From positions 1,736,001 through 1,800,000 of the forward strand of contig MU008164.1 of assembly GCA_010909165.1 (NCBI GenBank): 64,000 nucleotides of DNA, written 5' to 3'. The notes below the pieces were generated by a model. The model ran no database searches, was not told where the DNA came from, and saw only the letters and a program-made list of their open reading frames with translations. A program made the translations under genes and the position numbers. The DNA comes from Anthoceros angustus. Lineage: Eukaryota; Plantae; Anthocerotophyta. Positions 12,888 through 23,627 of this stretch are shown here, piece by piece (within the stretch, counting starts at the first letter, position 1; each line of letters begins with the position of its first letter).

Positions 12888-15200
12888 TCACGGTCGACCT
12901 TACAACTGCTACAACCAGCTGCGAATCGATGCATACGGTACCCATCCCTGACAACAATGTCTTTGGTTCAAGCCTTGAGATAATCTCCTTGAAATTGTGG
13001 CAGTCACAGCACATGCGTGGATTCTTCGTTGCCACCAGAGGTGTCTCACTCGGAGTGTGCAACAGGCCAAACGCCAGAGCTAGCTTCTCAGCATGCCCAC
13101 AAAGCGCATCTTCCTTTTCATTCTCACACACTGGCTGCAACACCAACTTTGTGTGAGGGACGTGTCTTCCTTCCTGCTTCACACGGGCATTCGTGCCTCT
13201 ACCTTGAGCGCTATATCCTCTCCTTTCTCCCACCTCATTATCTATGTACCTGCTTATTCACCTCTATGGTCGCCACTGCAGGTTTCTTGTTAGCTCCTGC
13301 TGCCTTCTCTGTTTTCAATGATTCCTGTCTTCATCGCTCCACATACCTGCACCTGCTTAGGCATTGGCCATGAGCACATATGCAGGCGCATCCTTGGGGT
13401 CCAGCCTAACAAAGCACCACCTCGCCTTCTCCATATCCCCGTGACCTTTGCAGGCATTCAACAAAGTTACCAATCCCACAGCATCACTTTGGCCCTCACA
13501 AGCACCACCTCATCTTGTGTGCCTCATCTGAATGGCCTGCACCAAGAAGATCAATCATGCAGGTGTAATGCTCAATAGTAGGTTTGATACCATGCTGCTC
13601 AGCCATGGCATCAAAGAGCTTGCGACCCTCTTGGACCAGCCTCATGACTGCATGCTGCTAAAAGGCAAGTAAAAGTACCATCGTCAGGCTGAATACTGGC
13701 AAGTAACATGTCCTCAAAACAAGCTAGCGCCTTGAGACCTTCATCACAAGTACCATACCCAGATATCAGGGCAGTCCACGTCACCACATCCTTTGTATTC
13801 ATCCTGTCAAAAACCTGGCGTGCCTCTTCCAGTTCACCACATTTTGCATACATGTCCACGAGGCAGTTGTCCAAGATCATGCCATCTAGCAGTCCTCTTC
13901 CACAATCTGTGAATGCCGCTGCCTTCCCTTGTGTAAGGCACCGGTGCTTGCACAGGCCTTCAAAAGGCAAGCAAAAGTAACATGGTTAGCCAAAGTTAAG
14001 CTCTCCTGTTCCATCCGTTCATGCAGAACAAGCGCCTCTTGCCTGAGCCCTTGCTGTGCATACCCAGCTAACATGGCAATCTATGTCACCACATTCTTCG
14101 TGTTCATGCTGTCAAAAACCTGGCGTGCTCTTTCAGTTCACCACATTTAGCATACCCGGCAATACATTCTTCGTGTTCATGCTGTCAAAAACCTGGCGTG
14201 CGTCTTTCAGTTCACCACATTTAGCATACCCGGCAATACATTCTTCGTGTTCATGCTGTCAAAAACCTGGCGTGCCTCTTTCAGTTCACCACATTTAGAA
14301 TACCCGGCAATCAGCCCCGTCCAGGTCACCACATCCTCTGAGGCCATGCTGTCAAAAACCTAGCGTGCATTTTTCAGTTCGCCACATTTGGCATACGTGC
14401 CCACCAGACTGTTGCCAACAAACAAGTTAGTAGGAATGCCACTCTCCACCACATCGCAGTGCAGTTTTCTGCCAGATTCCAAGTCAGCGGCAAATGCACA
14501 AGTCTGAAGGGTAGCAACAAGGACGTGCTCATTCGCCTCCACTCCTGACCTACGCATCTCATGGTACAGTTGTATGGCCTCATTAGGTTTCCCGTGCTTA
14601 GCATGGGCAGAGATTATGGAAAACCACATGAAGACATTTGGTCTGCGACCCTGGTGAATACATCCATGGCCTTCTGCAGCCTACCTCCACATGCATACAT
14701 GCGCAAGATATGGTTCCCCAAGTATGCACTTGACTCGTCGCCCCACAACCAAATCCTTCTTAGCTGTACACAGTTTTAGCACACTGTAAAACAGGGACAG
14801 AGAAATAGCAGGGTCTGTCTGCACCAGAGATTCCAGGGCTCCATAGGCCTCAGAAAGCTGCCCCTGCTGACATAGCATGCTCACGGTTGCAGCCGTTACG
14901 ACTCCCATTTCCGATCCTCCACGCCTGCCAGGTTCAGGGTTATCTGGAGAGCTCGACTCGAAAAGAGGCACCATGGTCCATATGCATATCCAAGGAATCG
15001 AGCTGCTCATCAACCCAAGCTGGCTTAAACATGTTGTCTAACCACAGCACCTCACCGAACCCCTTACGCCGGAAGTCAGGCGAAGGAAAGCTCTTCTTGT
15101 TTCCTCTATTGTCCCACCACATGCTAGGGTCCAGAAAAATTGTTGCCACAAGTGCTCCTGCTCCTGGCGACGACGATCGCTGTAAAACCCGTCCCAACCC
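12888..15200 (-). pseudogene. PLS-class PPR-E-DYW:KP (GRP-type) organellar RNA editing factor, disrupted
   Basis: PLS repeats (LVDMYAKCGELEEARQVFDRMNTKDVVTWTALISGY), then KKPAVATIEVNKQVHR, EKEDALCGHAEKLALAFGLL, KNPRMCCDCH, and a terminal ggt cga ccg tga (GRP-stop) at 12899-12888 after a 1-nt indel. Confidence 0.9.
14091..14311. repeat. 73-74 bp x3 tandem repeat inside the PPR gene
   Basis: ACATTCTTCGTGTTCATGCTGTCAAAAACCTGGCGTGC starts at 14091, 14164 and 14238. Confidence 0.95.
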
Positions 15201-15369
15201 TCACATTTTGTCGGTAGAGGAAGTGCTGGGCTCCTTACACTCCTGCTCCTGGAGGCTTTGTTTGCCAGGGGTTCACCCTTACAGTGGGTGAGCGGGAGCT
15301 CCTAGTAGAATCCCTGTACACACAGGCATCATATATTTACGTCGACATGCCTGCCTCTATTGGCCAATA

Positions 15370-17130
15370 TTCCTGTTGGAATCTTGAAGCACGACTTCCA
15401 CCCATAGCTGCAGCTGGAGAGTGCCGGCCATTCACTGCATCTGCAAAATAGAAGGAAAGTGGTGAGTGCTAATTCTGTGCTGGTCATGTTCTCAACCAGA
15501 AAAACTTCAAACCTTTTGCAGGAAACGATTAGCAGCCTTCTGGACACTTTCCTTCTGGACACTTTCGGTACTTCTCTCCGGTCTGAGGTTGTACCCATTC
15601 AACTCATCTGCGATCTCGCGCTGGAGGCTACACACGGAGGAAGCCAGCGCGCCCAGGTAAACTGGATACGTGCTTGAATACACACACTTGACAGAGTTGA
15701 ACATGGACAATTGTCAAACAGCGAAATCATTTGGTCGGAAAAGACGGTAGGAATGGCTCCAGAATAAGTTACTCTTACCTTTGGAAATGAGACTCCATGC
15801 ACTGTCGAGAATCTTTGTCTCACCAAGTGCGTTCACAAACCCTCTTCACGGAGCGGAGTCAGTAAAAATAGTGAAGTAGATGTATCACCTAACAAGGTTG
15901 TTCAATGTACTTCACCGTTGCTACTATCTTCGGTCATTGAAAGAGCTGCCAGCGCTGGAGTCTGGCCTGGAAGCTGACTTTCATGACTACCCAGAATCCT
16001 GGAGAGTCCAGATTGAGGTGGAAGAAAGCAGGCACTTCACCGTCATTGTTTTTGTGTGCAGAGAGGCATACAAACTGTAAGCATGTACATCTCCAAGGAT
16101 AATAGGTGGGACGCCACGGTCCTGACTCAATCACTCTGGTTTCCGTCGAAATGCGATCAAACGATTACCCTCAAACGACTGCCCTCTGTCCGCCACAGAT
16201 ATAAGTTTCCTTTCCAGCTCCTAAAGCCCAAAATCGGCCAACTTGTGCCCGTGGTGGCCATGTCCAAGGCACAAAAGTCTCCCTCGCCATGCAAAGATAA
16301 CTCTTGGCACCGAATCCTTATCTTCGTCAGGACCTTGCTACTTCCCATCCCAAATAACTCGGCCACTTTTTGAGACACTGGATCTTCCTCGGGTTGGTCC
16401 ATTTTCCTTCGCACAGTTCAACGTTGCACAGAAAACAGATCGGAGGCCAGTCGTTTGTTCGTATTAAGACGTCTCTGGGTGAATCAGGGCCGTGGCTTTC
16501 CAGTTACTATCCTTGGACCTGTAGATGCTTACAGTTCATTTACCTTCCGCATACAGAACAGAACAACGACTGGTGAACGACTGGTGAAGCGCCCGCTTTG
16601 TTCCGCCTCAAGCTCGAATCTCAAGGATTTTGGGTAATCATAAGAGTCACCTTTAATGCCAAACAGCTCTTTGAATGTTAACTCTTCCCTATTGCCTTCT
16701 CGCAATCGTCATCCTCCTCATCATAAGCTCGAGAATCATCCTCTTCCTCTGCCGTCGAGTACCTCTCCTCATCCTCCTCCTCTTCTTCCTCCGCTTCCGC
16801 TTCCTCTTCCTCCTCCTCCTCCTCCTCCTCCTGCTCCCCTTCCTCTTCCTCCTCCTCATCATCCTCCTTCTCCTCCCTCTCCTCCTTCTCCTCCTTCTCC
16901 CCTCCTCCTCTTCCTCCTCCTCCTCATCATCCTCCTCCTCCTCTTCGTCGTCCTCCTCTTCCTCATCAAACTTCCTCATCAGATTGCTCCACAAACGAGG
17001 CTTCATCTTGACGCTGTGTGGATTCAAAGGTTCCGCCAACCGACCATACACAAGACTTGCAGCTGGAAATGGGGTTTCTCGATCCATGTTTCGCGCAGTT
17101 GAAGGAGCTCGTACGTTTGTGGTGAATCAT
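15370..17130 (-). pseudogene. Rearranged F-box paralog (F-box core deleted; internal inverted piece at 15935-16150)
   Basis: GRLAEPLNPHSVKMKPRLWSNL is fused directly to a poly-E/D tract. C-terminal pieces are homologous to 10400-11400, and a plus-strand piece encodes EADFHDYPESWRVQIEVEES. Confidence 0.8.
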
Positions 17131-19331
17131 TGGTTGGTCCTCCCAGCCTCCGCGCGAGAAGACTGCCCCACAAAGGACGACCCTCGGTCGACCCTCCTCA
17201 GCAGCCAGGTCAGTCCAATGAAGTTCCCAGTCCTCCTCATCCCTGGCGGCTCAGTCTGAGAAGTTCCGGTTCCGGCGGGAATGACAGAATCACAGCCATT
17301 TCAAACCCTTGTGTGACTGCGATTTCTATGGCAGAACTGGCCAGCCAATACCTAGAACGTTTTTCTTTTATTAGTGAATATATAGGTATACGCTCCCGTA
17401 TGCATGCTCTGTCTAACGCCATGTTCGACACTTTCACCAGAAAGGGTGTGGTGACATAGGCGGCACTAGTGCTGGCTGGGTATGCACAGCGAGGGCTCAG
17501 CCAATAGAGCAAGAGGGCCTGATTGTGGCTGACCATGTTACTTTAGCTTGCATGCATTCTGAAGGCCTGTGCAAGCACTGGCGCCTCACAGAAAGGCAGG
17601 GGCAGCTGCACTTCCAAATTGTGGAAGGGGACAGCTATAATGTGACATTTTAATGGGCAACAGTACTGAACTGCAAGATGCACGCCGGGTGTTTGACAGT
17701 TGGGCCTCTCAAGGAATGTGGTGCCATGTACTTCCTTGACAGCTGGGTACGCACAGAAAGGGCTCTGTGAAGAGTGCTTGATCTGTGTGCAGCAACAGAG
17801 TAGGAGCTCCTGCTTTTGGCTATCGAGGTTCCTTTTGCTTGCCTTCTCAAGGCGTATGGAAGCACTGGTGCCTTGCAAGATCTGAGGGCAGGCAGCTGTA
17901 ATCACAGATTGTAACACGAAGGCTGCTGAAAGTGACACGCTGGTGGGTATGGCGTAGGTATTCTTGCAACGATCCATATCCCAGAAATCAGAAGGACATG
18001 GGATAGAATTGTAGGTTGTAGATTGTAGATGACCTGTAATGGAAACACTCGTTCGCATAGCCGACATACGAAGGACGAAGGGCGGGAGCTTGACGATGTG
18101 GACTACTCTTCAGGTCCCTGCAACTGTGTCCTACCTACCCAGGTCCCAGAGTCAGAGTCCGAAGCTGCCGCTGCTGCTAGTGGCAACAATTTCGTTTTGC
18201 TTGCAGATGGACTCGTTCTCGTGGCCAAACCAGTAGAAAAACCCAGCTTGCATAGTGCAGTTCGGTACAGGTTGCATTCATACGTCTACCAGGTAAGACT
18301 AGTGCCCACAAGCATGTCTTTTGTGTGCATACACCGTCGGCGTTCCTGCTTGCATCACATAGGATAATCGTCATCGTCTTTCCAGCTTTCCACGGTGACA
18401 TCTTCAGAGGTGAGGAGATGAAGGAATCGACGTGGCTGCCTGTCAAAAGCTGGAAGATTCTACGGATGCTTTTCTCCAAAATGTCCATACAGATCAAGCC
18501 TCTTCATCAACGTCAACAGAGCCCTTGCTTACATTACATGCCCAGATATCAGCAGTACATTCCATGTACCCCACCTCTTTGAGTCCGTGAATGACCTAGC
18601 GTGCATCTTCCACTTCGCCACATTTATTTGTTTGGATTCCATTTTCATGCCCACCAGGAGTCCTGAAACTATTTGCATGCCCACCATGCAGCTGCCCACC
18701 AAACATGTCTTTTGTGGGGCCTCTTTTTGTGTGCATACACCGTCGGCGTTCCTGCTTGCATCACATAGCTGGGACAATCGTCATCGTCTTTCCAGCATTC
18801 CACGGTGACAGCTTCAGAGGTTAGGAAACGAAGGCATCGATATATACGTCGACATGCCTGCCTCTCAGAAGTTGCAACGTTCTACGGGATGCCTTTCTCC
18901 ATTTGTCCATCCGGATCTTGCAGTTGCGAGAATGCCTCTTCATCAACATAGCCCTACTGACAGTACATGCCCAGCTATCATCCTCAGGACATTCCATGTC
19001 CCCACCTCTTTCAGTTCAAACCGTGAACGACCTAGCGTGCATGCGTCTTCCACTTCGCCATTTGTCCTCCATGCCCACCAAGCAGCTGCCCACCAGTGTG
19101 ACATGGCATTTTCTAGCTGCGCTGTTTCCAACAATTTTTGCGAGTGGAGATGCCTGCCCTCTTGCAAAGCACCAGTGCATCCACAGGCCTTGAAAAGGCA
19201 AGCAAAAGTAACCTCTGTAGGCTAGCTAAACTAGCCTAGGAGCTCCTACTCCACTTATGCACACACATCTAGCGGCTACCTCTTCACAGAGCCCTTTCAC
19301 GCGTGCGTACCTATGAGCTGTCTGGACGTCC
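16980..19331. repeat. Segmental duplication, copy B (F-box and PPR fragments)
   Basis: Collinear with 790-3352. Homology stops abruptly after TCTGGACGTCC (19331). Confidence 0.9.
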
Positions 19332-19574
19332 GTCTGTCTCAACCGTCTGGTTTTCCAGCCTTTCGGACTGCCCTCCTGCCTCGTCTGGGGGTCATTTCGA
19401 CCCATTCTTCCTCCTGGGATATCCTTTTCAGCTCCCTAACCACATCCTACAACTCCAGCTTCAAGATTCTCAGAAGTTTTCCTGGCATGCTCCTCTTCGG
19501 GCTCTTCGATCAATTCTCTTCGATGCTCGTCTTCGAGCTCTTTTGGGCTGGTTGCCCAAACTTTTATGTTCCAC

Positions 19575-22500
19575 AGTGTAGATTCAATGAATGTTCTGTG
19601 CCATATCCCCACACCCCTCCCTTCGTCTTGAATTGTTTTATAATCATCTGTTAGACCCTTCAGCAGGAAGTTCTTATTTGGAAGTTCTGAACACCACGTA
19701 AGTGTGTTTTTTGTTGTGGTTTTTGTTTGTCAAGTTCTCTTTAGGATGTTGGTGTTCCTTGTCCACTCTAACGTTGTTGTGTCTTGCAGATGGCACCTAA
19801 AAGGAAACCCACTGGGCCTTCTGGACCGGGAAAGAAGCAAGGGTCCCTGGCGGAAGTCATGGCTAAGCCGTACACTGCATGGCGGTCAAGTCACCGCTCC
19901 ACATCGCAACTCATCCACTGCAGGATGATGGTAAAGTTGATGGTGTCTTGGTGCACAGTGAAGGAACATATTTAGTTCCAAAAAAAGGCATTCCTAAACC
20001 GCCAAGGCACTTCTCATCCAAGAAGGATGCTCGACGTGCAGCTGAGTTTGTGCAGAAGAGGAGAAGGGTGGACACTCGACCTGTGGCATTGGTTGAAGGT
20101 CCTCTTTCAGAGATTACTAACTATGTCCCAGTTTAGAGAGGGGTCCAGTTTGTAGGGGAGAATGATTTTTTGATAACTGACGATCCCATGGTTGTGACCG
20201 CTGCCAAAGCCTGTCTAGAGTCTAGAGATTTGTGTGGTGTGGTTGAACAGGATGCTTTACAGGCTGGGCAGTTTTCCATGCCTGTTGTGGTTCCTGACCC
20301 TGGAGTCATCCCTGATCAAGAAGTGCTCGATATGTTTGAGAGGCTAAAGTGTGCTGGTCCCGAAGATGACTTTGCCATGGGTATGGAGGAAATTGATGAT
20401 GAAGTAATTTTCAGAGAGCAGGGATTTGACCCGTTAGTCCCGAGGGAGCTGTGAATGATGCTTTGAGTGGTGGGGAGGATAGGTCCAAACGGCGTAATAA
20501 CCGTGTCAAGTCGCCCTGGCCTTTATGAAAGTGAGTGGTGGGATGGATCTGTTGAGGATATTCCTCACAAGGATCTAAATCTTATTCGATATCCTTTTTC
20601 CATCAAGTTCGAATCAAGGACAACAGAGATTTTCTCCGTAAACGTAAGTAGTGATGTTTTACTTGTTGATTTTGATAGTTCGACTTTCACATGACCGATT
20701 GCCGATCTTCACTGTGATGTCTTTCTTCGTGGTTTTAACCGAATTTTAACAAGGAAGTGCATCTGAACCAAAGCCGCTTGGTTCTCGATGTTCCTGATCA
20801 ACATGTTTCATGGAATTTTCCATGGGTCCTGTACGGGTTGCGCCCATGAAAATCGCAAGGACCTTGGGATTGTGTCATGTCGAAAAGAGGTGAAGTTGAT
20901 TTATGATGATGAGCGACGATTCTTTCACACAGATCATCAATGCTCATTTGGGCGGGGGCTCAAAAGGTAATATTGTTGGTTTTGGGGTGCACTTGATTGT
21001 TCATTTATGGTCTTAAACCTGGAGCTCTTATGCCTATATTGTTTGCAGGTGTGCATATTTTGCATGACCAGTTTGGAGTTCGAGGTGGTGAAGAGTTACA
21101 TAACCCGCTCATTAGGGACTTCTCATTTTCATCGATTCAAAGTGGACCTTTGTTCAAGATGTTTTGGTTGTTTTTGTCTTTTGTTTTTTTGTTGATGTTT
21201 TGATGTTTTGATGTTTCAAGCTCGCTTCATTTGCGTATGAAGAACGGCTTTCAAAAATTACAAAGTGGACATGAAGAATTACCAGTGAGCATTTCCCAAA
21301 AAGGTCAAGATACGAAAAGGATGATTACGAAACTTTTAAAGTCAAGTATTGATCACTCTCCCAAGTGGTCTCGAAACGACAAGAATCAATTGTGGGTTTC
21401 TCTTCAATTCAACCATTGATAACCCAAGATCAAATGTAAGTTTTGTTGTTATTGGGCTTAAGTTTTGTGGTTTGTTTTACTAACGCTTGTTTTTTGGCTA
21501 GGCTTGGTATGCAAAACTTCGTGTTTCAAAAGGAATGTTGTCAAGGTTTATGAAGACCATGGTCAAGACCGGGCTTGTTGGCTATTACACCAATAAGAGC
21601 TGCCGTAACATGATTACACGCTGGCTCGTGCCTCGATGCCGGGAGAAGTGTGACCGCCATAAAACGGATGCTGGATTTTCAAGGTAATATGTTTTGAAAG
21701 CTTGTGACATTTGAGTCCTTTGTATGTTCCTTCCTCGACGTTGATGTTTTGCGATATGACCGCTCGTCAAGCAAAACAGTAGCCGCGAAGAGTTCTTGTT
21801 GGTGAACGCGATCCTATCGAGCTTTTGAACGAAGAACTCAATCGGATGCGGATGATTTAAGGGTGTTCTTCCATCAGTGAATGTGACTCGAAATAGTATT
21901 TTCGAGTCACCAAGATCGCCTTGCAAGTGCAAAAGTTAACAATGTAAGTGTTTGAGATTTGTTGCAAGTATAGGGACTTGTGTCAAAATTGTCCCGACTT
22001 ATTTTTTTTGTCGTCTCGTGGCTACCCTCGTTATTCATCATGAAAGGCACCTTTGAACAAGGACCGAATCGAGTTTTTCCGCACCATGTGGTCCATGTGT
22101 CCAAGTTCGTTGGTATTGTCAAGTTCCTTTGTTGTAGTGGCCATGTTGGATTTTTAATCATACTTTTTGTTGTTACGTGGGAGATGGTGTTTTGGTTGCA
22201 AACATACCTCCAAAAGCAAAGGGCCAAGGCATCCAGATGGATAACGCAACGTGGTGTGTTCTAGTGAAATTCCATATGTTGACAAGGTTGATTCTTTGTT
22301 GTTGTTTGTTTTCATTTTTTGGAGTTTCGATTGTGTTTTCTTGGCGATTGTGAATCCTCGACTAGTGTGGCATTTTCCTCATTTCAACATTGATACCGAG
22401 GGAAGTCGATGCGTGGCCCCTCTGGAGGGCATTGTGCATAGTGAGTGTGATCCATCCGGGTTAACCAGATGTAAATGTGGTGGTAGCACCTCGATATCGA

Positions 22501-23627
22501 CTATGTGGGACGCAAGTGGCTTTGAGCGGCTTGCCGAGATCGCCGAGAACGGAATTGGAGTATGATACAAAACAGAAATGGAGTTTCAGCAAAAGGATTT
22601 GGAGGCACTTATAGAGAGACAGAGGCGAAAAGCAGAATTACGAGTCTCTAAGCAAAGAGAGAAAGCCCTTGAGATTCAGAGGCGGAGAAATGTGAGAGGA
22701 GACAAGAGCACATTAAGCATCAAGAGAAATCAAGCAAAGCAGCAAAAGAGCAAGAAGAGGTTCGAAGATTGCAGTGGGAAAGACAACAGGAGTAGAAGAA
22801 TGTGCCTCGAGATATTTTCACTGCTATCTGCGAAAATCGTCAGGATCCGTCAGGATCGGTAAGTTTTCTTATGCTCTTATTAATCAGTTTTAGTAGATTG
22901 AAAATTAATGGTTGTGTTTTATTGGGTTGTGACCTTGCAGGAAGACGGACAATTTCGTCCAAGTCCTCAGCTTCATCAATTGGTTGCCAATTATGATAAT
23001 GTTGTACAAGTGCCAATCAAGCCAAGTGGTCGGGAAAATTACATTTTCAATCTGTATAATTGTACAATTTCCCAAAATAAGGTGAGTATCATTTCTAAGT
23101 ATTTGCTATGATTATTTCCAGTGTTTTCTAGTATCAGCGTAATTACGGTTTGGGTGCTGATTTTTGTTTTGTTTGTAGGTTTCATTGTTGTTGAAGCAGA
23201 GTTCAATCTATTCAAGTATTTACTCTTCATTAGTTGAATTTGTATTTCATGCTCGGATATACAGAAACTCGCAAAGAAAAGGTTTCTTTGTTGGTTTTTG
23301 TATATCCCGGATCCGCATGAATATTATTTAATGTAAAATGTTTTTGTCGATTAGCGATTTTGGTGGGATTTCTAGAATGAGCTTCTACTAGATGCACCTG
23401 GTATTCACTTGGTCGTCATTTTTTCTACTCTAGTGCTCTATTTTCTACCTTGATGGTAGATCATTTTCACCCCACTTGGCATATTTTCTACTATATTGTA
23501 ATGAATTTTACTATATTGGGTAAAAAATGACCAAAAGGTCAATTCTCTCTCTAAAAATTCACCTCCACTACCCCGAAAAAAAATCAACTGGGCGCGTCGA
23601 GGCCCCAGACGAGGCCGCGACTTTACG
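19575..23627 (+). mobile_element. Crypton-like tyrosine recombinase DNA transposon, copy 1 (5'-truncated)
   Basis: Homologous to the reverse complements of 46458-50360 and 60818-64000. Shares the 3' end ...GAGGCC..CGACTTT. Flanks differ in all copies. Confidence 0.85.
19790..23233 (+). pseudogene. Spliced tyrosine recombinase gene (Crypton/DUF3504-like), frameshifted
   Basis: ATG MAPKRKP follows a TTGCAG acceptor. Motifs: KDLGIVSCRKEVKLI.DD.ER; FGVRGGEELHN (Arg at 21081); SKNYK-like; AWYAK; GLVGYYTNKSCR (21589-21606); HKTDAGFSR, intron, YDRS (Tyr at 21755). A coiled coil and FNLYNCTI tail follow. GT-AG introns. Confidence 0.8.

Noticed and set aside
16656-17259. Pro-rich, Leu-rich and Ser-rich ORFs (also 28198-28861 and 9791-10541)
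   Set aside because: These are antisense or alternative-frame readings of the GAG/GAT-rich acidic tract of the F-box genes.
20997-21700. Bacterial or phage integrase contamination
   Set aside because: The gene has spliceosomal GT-AG introns and is inserted in plant sequences with empty paralogous sites.
23380-23627. Helitron 3' end (hairpin near terminus)
   Set aside because: No CTRR terminus, no A|T target and no Rep/helicase motifs. The encoded protein has YR motifs.
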